A program made the position numbers and the translations under genes. A stretch of 64,000 nt of DNA from NCBI RefSeq assembly GCF_009914755.1, contig NC_060933.1; one strand, 5' to 3'. Below, piece by piece: positions 1 to 13,870 of this stretch. Below the pieces are notes generated by a model. The model saw only the letters and a list, made by a program, of their open reading frames with translations. It had not been told where the DNA came from and searched no databases. How positions within the stretch are numbered: the first letter of the stretch is position 1; every line of letters starts with the position of its first letter. This stretch comes from the human T2T-CHM13v2.0 reference genome, Homo sapiens.

Positions 1-1964
1 TCCATGCCATTCCACTCGTGTTGATTCCATTTTTTCCATTCCATTCAAGTTGAATCCATTCCATTGCATTCCATTCCATTCCATTCACCTGCAGTCGGGT
101 TGATTCAATTCCATTCCATTCCATTCCATTCCATTCCATTCCATTCCATTCCGTTCCGTTCCATTCCATTCCATTCCTCTCTATTCGGGTTAATTCCATT
201 CCATTCCATTCGATTGCAATCGAGTTGATTCCACTCCATTGCATTCCATTCCATTCCATTCCTTTCCATTCCATTACGGATGATTCCTTTCCATTGCATT
301 CCATTCCATTCCATTCCACTGTACTCGGCTTGATTGCATTCCATTCTATTCCAATCCATGCCATTCCACTCGTGTTGATTCCATTCTTTGCATTCCATTG
401 AAGTTGAATCCATTCCATTGCATTCCATTCCATTCGATTCCATTCGATTGCACTCGGATTGATTCCATTCCATTGCATTCCATTCCATTCCATTCCATTC
501 CATTCGGATTGATTCTATTCAATTCCCTTACACTTCAATACTTTCCATTCCATTCGGGTAATTTCCATTCCATTCCATTCCATTCCTCTCCATTCCATTG
601 AACTCGGGTTGATTCCATTCCATTCCATTCCATTCCATTCCATTACATTACATTACATTACATTCCGTTCCATTGTACTCGGGTTGATTCCATTCCATTG
701 CATTCCATTCCATTCCATTCCATTCCATTCCATTCCATTCCATTCCGTTCCATTCCATTCCATTACATTCGGATTGATTCTTTTCAACTCCCTTACTCTC
801 CATTACATTCCATTACATTCGTGTTGTTCCATTCCATTCCATTCCATTCCACTCCATTCCATTGCACTCGGGTTGATTCCATTCCATTCCATTCCATTCC
901 GGATGATTCCATTCCATTGCATTCCGTTCCATTACATTCCCCTGCACTCGGGTTGATTCCATTCCATTCCATTCCATTCCATTCCATTCGATTCCATTCC
1001 ATTCCCCTGCACTCGCGTTGATTCCATTCCATTCCATTCCATTCCATTCCATTCCATTCCATTCCTTTCCATTCCAGTCCTTTCCATTCCATTCCACTCG
1101 GGTTGATTCCATTCTATTAGTTTGCATTCCATTCCATTCGCTTCCATTCCACTCTGGTTGATTCCATTCCTTTCCATTCCACTCGAATACATTCCCTCCT
1201 ATTCCACTCGGAACGATTCCATTCCATTGCATTCCATTCCATTCCATTTCATTTCGTCGCATTCCATTCTATTCCGTATCATTCCATTCCATTCCATTCC
1301 ATTCCATTCCATTCCATTCCACTCGTGTTGATTCCATTCCTTTCCATTCCATTCGGTTTAAAGGCAATCCATTCCATTCCATTCCTTTCCATTCCATTCC
1401 ATTCCATTCCATTGTACTCGGGTTGATTCCATTCCATTGCATTCCATTCCATTCCATTCCATTCCATTCCATTCCGTTGCATTCCATTCCATTACATTCG
1501 GATTGATTCTATTCAACTCCCTTACTCTCCATTACATTCCATTCCATTCGTGTTGTTCCATTCCATTCCATTCCATTCCACTCCATTCTACTGCACTCGG
1601 GTTGATTCCATTCCATTCCATTCCATTCCATTCCATTCCATTCCATTCCGGATGATTCCATTCCATTGCATTCCGTTCCATTACATTCCCCTGCAGTCGC
1701 GTTGATTCCATTCCATTCCATTCCATTCCATTCAATTCCATTCCATTACAATTCGTTCCATTCCATTCTATTCCGTACCATTCCATTCCATTCCATACCC
1801 TTCCATTGCATTCCATTCCATTCCATTCCGTTCCATTTCGTTCCATTGCATTCCATTCCATTCTATTCGGGTTAATTCCATTCCATTCCATTCCATTCTA
1901 TTCCATTCCATTTCAATCGAGTTGAATCCATTGCATTTCATTCCATTCCATTCCATTCCATTCC

Positions 1965-1979
1965 ATTCCGGAAGATTCC
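1965..1979. promoter_or_regulatory. Perfect HSE match ATTCCGGAAGATTCC
   Basis: nTTCn-nGAAn-nTTCn in the left A domain; function inferred. Confidence 0.55.
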
Positions 1980-2817
1980 ATTCCATTGCATTCCATTCCA
2001 TTCCATTCCCCTGCACTCGCGTTGATTCCTTTCCATTCCATTCCATTCCATTCCATTCCGTTCCGTTCCGTTCCGTTCCATTCCATTCCATTCCATTCCA
2101 TTCCATTCCGTTCCGTTCCATTCCATTCCATTCCATTCTATTCGGGTTAATTCCATTCCATTCCATTCGATTGCAATCGAGTTGATTCCATTCCATTCCA
2201 TTCCATTCCATTCCATTCCTTTCCATTCCATTACGGATGATTCCATTCCATTGCATTCCATTCCATTCCATTCCGCTGTACTCCGGATGATTCCATTCCA
2301 TTCCATTCCAATCCATGCCATTCCACTCGTGTTGATTCCATTCTTTCCATTCCATTCAAGTTGAATCCATTCCATTGCATTCCATTCCATTCGATTCCAT
2401 TCGATTGCACTCGGGTTGATTCCATTCCATTGCATTCCATTCCATTCCATTCCATTCCATTCCATTCCATTCCATTCCGTTCCATTCCATTCCGTTACAT
2501 TCGGATTGATTCTGTTCAATTCCCTTACACTCCATTACATTCCATTCCATTCGGGTAGTTTCCATTCCATTCTATTCCTTTCCATTCCATTGCACTCGGG
2601 TTGATTCCATTCCATTGCATTCCATTCCATTCCATTCAATTCCATTCCGTTCCATACCATTCCATTACATTCGGATTGATTCTATTCAACTCCCTTACTC
2701 TCCATTAAATTCCATTCCATTCGGGTTGTTCCATTCCATTCCATTCCATTCCACTCCATTCCATTGCACTCGGGTTTATTCCATTCAATTCCATTCCATT
2801 CCATTCCATTCCATTCC

Positions 2818-2832
2818 ATTCCGGAAGATTCC
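2818..2832. promoter_or_regulatory. Perfect HSE match ATTCCGGAAGATTCC
   Basis: nTTCn-nGAAn-nTTCn, 853 bp from the previous copy; function inferred. Confidence 0.55.
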
Positions 2833-5800
2833 ATTCCATTGCATTCCATTGCATTCCATTCCCCTGCACTCGCGTTGATTCCATTTCATTCCATTCCATT
2901 CCATTCCATTCCATTCCATTCCATTCCGTTCCTTTCCATTCCATTCCATTCCTTTCCATTCCATTCCATTCCATTCCGTTCCGTTCCGTTCCGTTCCATT
3001 CCATTCCATTCCATTCTATTCGGGTTAATTCCATTCCATTCCATTCCATTGCAATCGAGTTGATTCCACTCCATTCCATTCCATTCCATTCCATTCCATT
3101 CCATTCCTTTCCATTCCATTACGGATGATTCCATTCCTTTGCATTCCATTCCATTCCTTTCCCCTGTACTCGGGTTGATTCCATTCCATTCCATTCCAAT
3201 CCATGCCATTCCACTCGTGTTGATTCCATTCTTTCCATTCCATTCAAGTTGAATCCATTCCATTGCTTTCCATTCCATTCCATTCCCCGGCAGTCGGGTT
3301 GATACCATTCCATTCCATTCCATTCCATTCCATTTCATTCCGTTCCGTTCCGTTCCGTTCCATTCCATTCCATTCCATTCTATTCGGGTTAATTCCATTC
3401 CATTCCATTCCATTCCATTCCATTCCAATCGAGTTTATTCCATTCCATTCCATTCCATTCCATTCCACTCCATTCCAGTCCTTTCCATTCCATTCCACTC
3501 GGGTTGATTCCAATGTATTCCTTTCCATTCCATTCCATTCCATTGCAATCGAGTTGATTCCATTGCTTTGCATTCCATTCCATTCCATTCCATTCCTGAT
3601 GATTCCATTGCATTGCATTCCATTCCATTCCATTCCCCTGCACTCGGGTTGATTCCATTCCATTCCACTCCTTTCCATTCCATTCCATTCCATTCCATTG
3701 TATTCGGGTTAATTCCATTCCATTCCATTCCATTCCATTCCATTCCATTACAATCGAGTTGATTCCATTCCATTCCATTCCATTCCATTCTAGTCCTTTC
3801 CATTCCATTTCACTCGGGTTGATTCCATTCTATTAGTTTCCATTCCATTCCATTCCCTTCCATTCCACTCTGCTGATTCCATTCCTTTCCATTCCTCTCG
3901 AATACATTCCCTCCTATTCCACTCGGAACGATTCCATTCCATTCCATTCCATTCCATTCCATTCGATTCCATTTCGTTCCATTCCATTCTATTCCGTATC
4001 ATTCCATTCCATTCCATTCCATTCCATTCCATTCCACTCGTGTTGATTGCATTCCTTTCCATTCCATTCGGTTTGAAGACATTCCATTCCATTCCATTCC
4101 ATTCCATTCCATTCCATTCCATTCCATTCCATTGTACTCAGGTTGATTCCATTCCATTGTATTCCATTCCATTCCATTCCGGATGATTCCATTCCATTGC
4201 ATTCCATTCCATTCCATTCCCCTGCACTCGGGTTGATTCCATTCCATTCCATTACATTACATTCCGTTCCATTCCATTCCATTCCATTCGGATTGATTCT
4301 ATTCAATTCCCTTACACTCCATTACATTCCATTCCATTCGGGTAGTTTCCATTCCATTCCATTCCATTCCTCTCCATTCCATTGCACTCGGGTTGATTCC
4401 ATTCCATTCCATTCCATTCCATTCCATTCCATTCCATTCCATTCCATTCCGTTCCATTGTACTCGGGTTGTTTCCATTCCATTGCATTCCATTCCATTCC
4501 ATTCCATTCCATTCCATTCCATTCCATTCCGTTCCATTCCATTACATTCGGATTGATTCTATTCAACTCCCTTACTCTCCATTACATTCCATTCCATTCG
4601 GGTTTTTCCATTCCATTCCATTCCATTCCACTCCATTCCATTGCACTCCGGTTGATTCCATTCCATTCCATTCCATTCCATTCGATTCCATTCCATTCCA
4701 ATTCATTCCATTCCATTCTATTCCGTACCATTCCATTCCATTCCATACAATTCCATTCCATTCCATTCCACTCCGTTCCGTTCCGTTCCGTTCTGTTCCG
4801 TTCCATTCCATTCCATTCCATTCTATTCGGGTTAATTCCATTCCATTCCAATCGATTGCAATCGAGTTGATTCCATTCCATTCCTTTCCATTCCGTTCCG
4901 GATGATTCCATTCTATTGCATTCCATTCCATTCCATTCCCCTGCAGTCGGTTTGATTCCATTCCATTCCATTCCATTCCATTCCGTTCCATTCCATTCCA
5001 TTCCATTCTATTCGGGTTAATTCCATTCCATTCCTTTCCATTCCATTCCATTCCATTCCAATCGAGTTGATTCCATTCCATTCCATTCCATTCCATTCCA
5101 CTCCATTCCAGTCCTTTCCATTCCATTACACTCGGGTTGATTCCGTTCTATTCCTTTCCATTCCATTCCATTCCATTGCAATCGAGTTGATTCCATTGCT
5201 TTGCATTCCATTCCATTCCATTCCATTCCGGATGATTCCATTCCATTGCATTCCATTCCATTCCATTCCCCTACACTCGGGTTGATTCCATTCCATTCCA
5301 CTCCATTCCGTTCCATTCTAGTCCATTCCATTGTATTCGGGTTAATTCCATTCCATTCTATTCCATTCCATTCCATTACAATGTAGTTGATTCCATTCAA
5401 TTCCATTCCATTCCATTCCATTCCAGTCTTTTCCATTCCATTCCACTCGGGTTGATTCCATTCTATTAGTTTCCATTCCATTCCATTCCCTTCCATTCCA
5501 ATCTGGTTGATTCCATTCCTTTCCATTCCACTCGAATACATTCCCTCCTATTCCACTCAGAACGATTCCATTCCATTCCATTCCATTCCATTCCATTCCA
5601 TTCCATTCCATTCCAGTTCGTTCCATTCCATTCTATTCCGTACCATTCTATTCCATTCCATTCCTTTCCATTCCATTCCATTCCACTCGTGGTGATTCCA
5701 TACCTTTCCATTCCATTCGGTTTGAAGGCATTCCATTCCATTCAATTCCATTGCATTCCATTCCATTCCATTCCATTCCATTCCATTCCATTCCATTGTA

Positions 5801-7924
5801 CTCGAGTTGATTCCATTCCATTGCATTCAATTCCATTCCATTCCATTCCATTGTACTCGAGTTGATTCCATTCCATTGCATTCCATTCCATTCCATTCCA
5901 TTCCATTCCATTCCATTCCGTTGCATTCCATCCATTACATTCGTATTGATTCTATTCAACTCCCTTACTCTCCATTACATTCCATTCCATTCAGGTTGTT
6001 CCATTCCATTCCATTCCATTCCACTCCATTCCATTGCACTCGGGTTGATTCCATTCCATTCCATTCCATTCCATTCCATTCCGGGTGATTCCATTCCATT
6101 GCATTCCGTTCCATTACATTCCCCTGCACTCGCGTTGATTCCATTCCATTCCATTCCATTCCATTCCATTCCATTCCATTCCATTCCATTCCATTCCGTT
6201 GCATTCCATTCCATTACATTCGGATTGATTCTATTCAACTCCCTTACTCTCCATTACATTCCATTCCATTCGGGTTGTTCCATTCCATTCCATTCCATTC
6301 CACTCCATTCCATTGCACTCGGGTTGATTCCATTCCATTCCATTCCATTCCATTCCATTCCATTCCATTCCATTTCAATCGAGTTGATTCCATTCCATTC
6401 CATTCCATTCCATTCAATTCCGAATGGTGTCATTCCATTGCCTTCCATTCCATTCCATTTCCCTGCACTCGGGTTGATTCCATTCCATTCCATTCCATTC
6501 CATTCCATTCCATTCCATTTCGTTCCATTCCATTCTATTCCGTACCATTCCATTCCATTCCATTCCATTCCATTCCATTCCATTTCCTTCCATTCCATTC
6601 CATTCCATTCCATTCCATTCCATTCCATTCTATTAGGGTTAATTCCATTCCATTCCATTCCATTCCATTCCATTCCATGCCATTCCACTCGGGTTGATTC
6701 CATTCCTTTCCATTCCATTCGAGTTGAATCCATTCCATTCCATTCCATTCCATTCCATTCCATTCCATTGCACACGGGTTCATTCCATTCCATTCCATTC
6801 CATTCCATTTCCTTCCATTCCATTCTATTCCATACCATTCCATTCCATTCCATTCCATTCCATTAGACTCCATTCCATGCCATTCCACTCGGTGTTATTC
6901 CATTCGTTTCCATTCCATTCGGGTTGAATCCATTCCATTCCATTCCATTCGATTCCATTACATTGCCCTCGTGTTGTTTCCATTCCATTCCATTCCATTC
7001 CATTCCATTCCATTCCATTCCATTCCATGCCATTCCACTCGGGTTGATTTCATTCCATTCCGTTCCTTTCCAGTCGAACCCATTCCATTCCATTCCATTC
7101 CATTCCATTCCATTCCAATCCATTGCACACGGGTTCATTCCATTCCATACCATTCCATTCCATTCCATTTCGTTCCATTCCATTCTATTCGGTACCATTC
7201 CATTCCATTCCATTCCAATCCATTCCATTCCATGCCATTCCACTTGGGTTGAATCCCTTCCTTTCCATTCCATTCGGGTTGAATCCATTCCATTCCAATC
7301 CATTGCATTCTATTCCATTCCATTCCATTCCTTTCAATTCCATTGCACACGGGTTGGTTCCATTCCATTCCTTTCCGTTCCATTCCGGATGACACCATTC
7401 CATTGCATTCCATTCCATTCCATTCCATTCCCCTGCACTCGGGTTCATTACCTTCCATTCCATTTACTTCCATTCCATTCCATTCCATTCTATTCGGGTT
7501 AATTCCATTCCATTCCATTCCATTCCATTCCATTCCATTCCATTCCATTGAAATCGAGTTGATTGCATTCCATTCCATTCAATTCCGGATGATTCCATTC
7601 CATTGCCTTCAATTCCATTCCATTCCCCTGCACTCGGGTTGATTCCATTCCATTCCATTCCATTCCATTCCATTCCATTCCATTCCATTTCATTCCATTC
7701 CATTTCGTTCCTTTCCATACTATTCCATACCATTCCATTCCATTCCATTCCATTCCATTCCATTCCATTCCATGCCATTCCACTCGGGTTGATTCCATTC
7801 CTTTCCATTCCGTTCGAGTTGAATCCATTCCAATCCATTCCATTCCATTCGATTCCATTCCATTGCACACGGGTTCATTCCATTCCATTCCATTCCATTC
7901 CATTCAATTCCATTCCATTCCATT

Positions 7925-8890
7925 CCATTGTACTCGAGTTGATTCCATTCCATTGCATTCCATTCCATTCCATTCCATTCCATTCCATTCCGTTGCATTC
8001 CATTCCATTACATTCGGATTGATTCTATTCAACTCCCTTACTCTCCATTACATTCCATTCCATTCGGGTTGTTCCATTCCATTCCATTCCATTCCACTCC
8101 ATTCCATTGCACTCGGGTTGATTCCATTCCATTCCATTCCATTTCATTCCGGATGATTCCATTCCATTGCATTCCGTTCCATTACATTCCCCTGCACTCG
8201 CGTTGATTCCATTCCATTCCATTCCATTCCATTCCATTCAATTCCATTCCATTACAATTCGTTCCATTCCATTCTATTCCGTACCATTCCATTCCATTCC
8301 ATACCATTCCATTCCATTCCGTTCCATTCTGTTCCTTTCCATTCCATTCCATTCTATTCGGATTAATTCCATTCCATTCCATTCCATTCCATTCTATTCC
8401 ATTCCATTGCAATCGAGTTGAATCCATTGCATTTCATTCCATTCCATTCCATTCCATTCCATTCCGGAATATTCCATTCCATTGCATTCCATTCCATTCC
8501 ATTCCCCTGCACTCGCGTTGATTCCATTCCATTCCATTCCATTCCATTCCATTCCGTTCCGTTCAATTCCATTCCATTCCATTCCATTCCATTCCATTCC
8601 ATTCCGTTCCGTTCCATTCCATTCCATTCCATTCTATTCGGGTTAATTCCATTCCATTCCATTCGATTGCAATCGAGTTGATTCCATTCCATTCCATTCC
8701 ATTCCATTCCATTCCTTTCCATTCCATTACGGATGATTCCATTCCATTGCATTCCATTCCATTCCATTCGCCTGTACTCGGGTTGATTCCATTCCATTCC
8801 ATTCCAATCCATGCCATTCCACTCGTGTTGATTCCATTCTTTCCATTCCATTCAAGTTGAATCCATTCCATTGCATTCCATTCCATTCCA
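7925..8890 (+). repeat. ~1 kb sub-type A island within B; paralog of ~1,415-2,390
   Basis: Same module order as 1,415-2,390. ORF-track translations at 8418/1922 and 8678/2182 are near-identical at offset 6,496. Confidence 0.8.
8461..8475. promoter_or_regulatory. Perfect HSE match ATTCCGGAATATTCC (variant in the A island)
   Basis: nTTCn-nGAAn-nTTCn, with a substitution only at an n position; function inferred. Confidence 0.55.
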
Positions 8891-10599
8891 TTCCCCTGCC
8901 CTCTGGTTCATTATATTCCATTCCATTTACTTCCAATCCATTCCACTCCATTCAATTCCATTCTATTCGGGTTAATTCCATTCCATTCTATTCCATTCCA
9001 TTCCATTCCATTCCATTCCATTCCATTGCAATCGACTTGATTCCATTCCATTCCATTCAATTCCATATGATTCCATTCCATTGCCTTCAATTCCATTCCA
9101 TTCCCCTGCACTCGGGTTGATTCCATTCCATTCCATTCCATTCCATTCCATTCCATTCCATTCCATTTCGTTCCATTCCATTCTATTCCGTTCCATTCCA
9201 TTCCATTCCATTCAATTCCATTCCATTCCATTCCTTTCAATTCTATTCGGGTTAATTCCATTCCATTCCATTCCATTCCATTCCATTCCGTTCCATTCAA
9301 TTCCATTACATTCGGATTGATTCTTTTTAATTCCCTTACACTCCATTACATTCTATTCCATTCGGGTAGTTTCCATACCATTCCATTCCATTCCACTGCA
9401 TTCTATTGCACTCGGGTTGATTGATTCCATTCCATTGCATTCCATTCCATTCCATTCCATTCCATTCCGGATGATTCCATTTCATTGCATTCCATTGCAT
9501 TCCATTCCCCTGTACTCGGGTTGATCCCATTCCTTTGCATTCCATTCCATTCCATTCCATTCCATTCCGTTCCGTTCCATTCCATTCCCTTCCATTCTGT
9601 TCAGGTTAATTCCATTCCATTCCATTCCCTTCCATTTCATTCCATTCCATTCCATTCCATTCCATTCCATTCCATTCCACTCAGGTTGATTCCATTCCTT
9701 TCCATTCCATTCGGGTTGAAACCATTCCATTCCATTCCATTCCTTTCGATTCCATTCCATTTCACTCGGGTTGAACCCATTCCATTGCATTCCATTCCAT
9801 TCCATTGCATTCCATTCCGTTCCATTCCATTCCATTACATTCGTATTGATTCTATTCAATTCCCTTACTCTCCATTACATTCCATTCCATTCGGGTTGTT
9901 TCCATTGCATTCCATTCCATTCCACTCCATTCCATTGCAATCGGGTTGATTCTATTCCATTCCATTGCATTCCATTCCATTCCATTCCATTCCACTCCAT
10001 TCCATTGCAATCGGGTTGATTCCATTCCATTCCATTGCATTCCATTCCATTCCATTCCATTCCGTATGATTCCATTCCATTGCATTCCATTCCATTTCAT
10101 TCCCCTGCACTCGGGTGGATTCCATTCTATTCCATTCCATTCCATTCCACTCCATTCCATTCCATTCTATTCGGGTTAATTTCATTCCATTCCATTCCAT
10201 TCCCTTCCATTGCATTGCATTCCATTCCATTCCATTCCATTGAAATCGAGTTGATTCCATTCCATTCCATTCCATTCCATTCCATTCCATTCCATTCTAT
10301 TCGGGTTAATTCCATTCCATTCCATTCCTTTCCATTCCCTTCCATTCCATTCTATTCCATTCCATTCCATTCCATTCCATTCTAGTAGGGTTAATTCCAT
10401 TCCATTCCATTCCATTCCATTCCATTCCATTCCATTCCATTCCATTCCATTGCAATCGAGTTGATTCCATTCCATTCCATTCCATTCCATTCCATTCCAT
10501 TCAATTCCATTGAACTCGGGTTGATTCCATTCCATTCCATGCCATTCCATTTCATTCCATTCCATTCCATTCCATTCCATTCCATTCCATTCCATTCCA

Positions 10600-13500
10600 T
10601 TGCATTCCATTCCATTCGATTCCATTCAATTGCACACGGGTTCATTCTATTCCATTCCATTCCATTCCATTCCATTCCGTTCCATTCCATTCCATTTCGT
10701 TCCATTCCATTCTATTCCGTACCATTCCCTTCCATTCCATTCCATTCCACTCCGTTCCATGCCATTCCACTCGGGTTTATTCCATTCCTTTCCATTCCAT
10801 TCGGATTGAATCCATTCCATTCCATTCCATTCCATTCCATTCCATTCCATTCCATGCCATTCCACTCGGGTTGATTCCATTCCTTTCCATTCCATTCGAG
10901 TTGAACCCATTCCATTCCATTCCATTCCATTCCATTCCATTCCATTCCATTGCTCACGGGTTCATTCCTTTCCATTCCATTCCATTTCGTTCCATTCCAT
11001 TCTACTCCGTACCATTCCATTCCATTCCATTCCCTTCCATGCCATTTCACTCGGGATTATTCCTTTCCTTTCCATTCCATTCGGGTTGAATCCATTCCAT
11101 TCCATTCCATTGCATTCCATTCCATTCCATTCCCCTGTAATTGGGTGGATTCCATTCTATTCCATTCCATTCCATTCCATTCCATTCCATTCCATTCCAT
11201 TCCATTTCGTTCCATTCCATTCTATTCCGTACCTTTCCATTCCATTCCATTCCATTCCATGCCATTCCACTCGGTTTGATTCCATTGCTTTCCATTCCAT
11301 TTGGGTTGAATCTAATCCATTCCATTCCATTCCATTCCATTCCATTCCATTGCACTAGGTTTGATTCCATTTCACTGCATTCCATTCCATTCCATTCCAT
11401 TAAATTCCATTCCACTCGGGTTGATTCCATTGCTTTCCATTCCATTCGTGTTGAATCCATTCCATTCCATTCCATTACTTTCGATTCCATTCCATTGCAC
11501 TCGGGTTGAACCCATTCCATTGGATTCCATTCCATTCCATTGCATTCCATTCCGTTCCATTCCATTCCATTACATTCGTATTGATTCTATTCAATTCCCT
11601 TACACTCCATTCCATTCTATTCCATTCCATTCGGGTTGTTTCCATTCCTTTCCATTCCATTCCACTCCATTCCATTGCAATCGGGTTGATTCCATTCCAT
11701 TCCATTCCATTCCATTCCGTATGATTCCATTCCATTGCATTCCATTGCATTCCATTCCCCTGCACTCGGGTGGATTCCATTCTATTCCATTCCATTCCAT
11801 TCCACTCTATTCCATTCCATTCCATTCCATTCCATTCCATTCCATTCCATTCCATTCCATTCTATTCGGGTTAATTTCATTCCATTCCATTCCATTCCAT
11901 TCCATTCCATTCCATTCCATTCCATTCCATTCCATTGAAATCGAGTTGATTCCATTTCATTCCATTCCATTCCATTCCATTCCATTCCATTCCATTCCGT
12001 TCCATTCCATTCCATTACATTCGGATTGATTGTATTCAATTCCCTTTAACTCCATTACATTCCATTCCATTCGGGTTGTTTCCGTTCCATTACATTCCAT
12101 TCCACTCCATTCCATTGCACTCAGGTTGATTCCATTCCATTCCATTCCATTCCATTCCATTCCATTCCATTTCGTTCCATTCCATTCTATTCCGTACCAT
12201 TCCATTCCATTCTATTCCATTCCATGCCATTCCACTCGGGTTGATTCCATTCCTTTCCATTCCATTCGGGTTGAATCCATTTCATTCTATTCCATTGCAT
12301 TCCGTTCCATTCCATTCCCCTGCAATCGGGTGGATTCCATTCTATTCCATTCCATTCCATTCATTCCATTCCATTCCATTCCATTTCGTTCCATTCCATT
12401 CTATTCCGTACCTTTCCATTCCATTCCATTCCATTCCATTCCGTGCCATGCCATTCCACTCGGGTTGATTCCATTCCTTTCCATTCCATTCTAGTTGAAT
12501 CCATTCCATTGCATTCCATTCCATTCGATTCCATTCAATTGCACACTGGTTCATTCTATTCCATTCCATTCCATTCCATTCCATTCCGTTCCATTCCATT
12601 CCATTTCGTTCCATTCCATTCTATTCCGTACCATTCCCTTCCATTCCATTCCATTCCACTCCGTTCCATGCCATTCCACTCGGGTTTATTCCATTCCTTT
12701 CCATTCCATTCGGGTTGAATCCATTCCATTCCATTCCATTCCATTCCATTCCATTCCATTCCATGCCATTCCACTCGGGTTGATTCCATTCCTTTCCATT
12801 CCATTCGAGTTGAACCCATTCCATTCCATTCCATTCCATTCCATTCCATTCCATTGCTCACGGGTTCATTCCTTTCCATTCCATTCCATTCCATTCCATT
12901 TCGTTCCATTCCATTCTACTCCGTACCATTCCATTCCATTCCATTCCCTTCCATGCCATTTCACTCGGGATTATTCCTTTCCTTTCCATTCCATTCGGGT
13001 TGAATACATTCCATTCCATTCCATTGCATTCCATTCCATTCCATTCCCCTGCAATCGGGTGGATTCCATTCTATTCCATTCCATTCCATTCCATTCCATT
13101 CCATTCCATTCCATTCCATTCCATTTCGTTCCATTCCATTCTATTCCGTACCTTTCCATTCCATTCCATTCCATTCCATGCCATTCCACTCGGGTTGATT
13201 CCATTGCTTTCCATTCCATTTGGGTTGAATCTAATCCATTCCATTCCATTCCATTCCATTCCATTCCATTGCACTAGGTTTGATTCCATTTCACTGCATT
13301 CCATTCCATTCCATTAAATTCCATTCCACTCGGGTTGATGCCATTCCTTTCCATTCCATTCGTGTTGAATCCATTCCATTCCATTCCATTACTTTCGATT
13401 CCATTCCATTGCACTCGGGTTGAACCCATTCCATTGGATTCCATTCCATTCCATTGCATTCCATTCCGTTCCATTCCATTCCATTACATTCGTATTGATT

Positions 13501-13870
13501 CTATTCAATTCCCTTACACTCCATTCCATTCCATTCCATTCCATTCGGGTTGTTTCCATTCCATTCCATTCCATTCCACTCCATTCCATTGCTATCGGGT
13601 TGATTCCATTCCATTCCATTCCATTCCATTCCGTATGATTCCATTCCATTGCATTCCATTCCATTCCATTCCCCTGCACTCGGGTGGATTCCATTCTATT
13701 CCATTCCATTCCATTCCACTCTATTCCATTCCATTCCATTCCATTCCATTCCATTCCATTCCATTCCATTCCATTCTATTCGGGTTAATTTCATTCCATT
13801 CCATTCCATTCCATTCCGTTCCATTCCATTCCATTCCATTCCATTGAAATCGAGTTGATTCCATTTCATT
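10600..13870 (+). repeat. Direct repeat of a ~1.35 kb B block at ~1.91 kb spacing (10,600-11,960 and 12,510-13,870)
   Basis: Shared private variants: caattgcacac..ttcattctat, cgggattattcctttcc, gaatctaatcc, attaaattcc, tactttcgat, cattggattcc. ORF pairs 10647/12556 and 11475/13389 are at offsets 1,909 and 1,914. Confidence 0.85.

Larger units (their letters stand above)
1..6370 (+). repeat. HSat3 sub-type A domain (left)
   Basis: A markers present: ccaatccatgcc, caagttgaatcc, acggatgattcc, cgcgttgattcc, caactcccttactctcc, gaatacattccctcctattcc, ccggaagattcc. Right boundary approximate. Confidence 0.75.
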
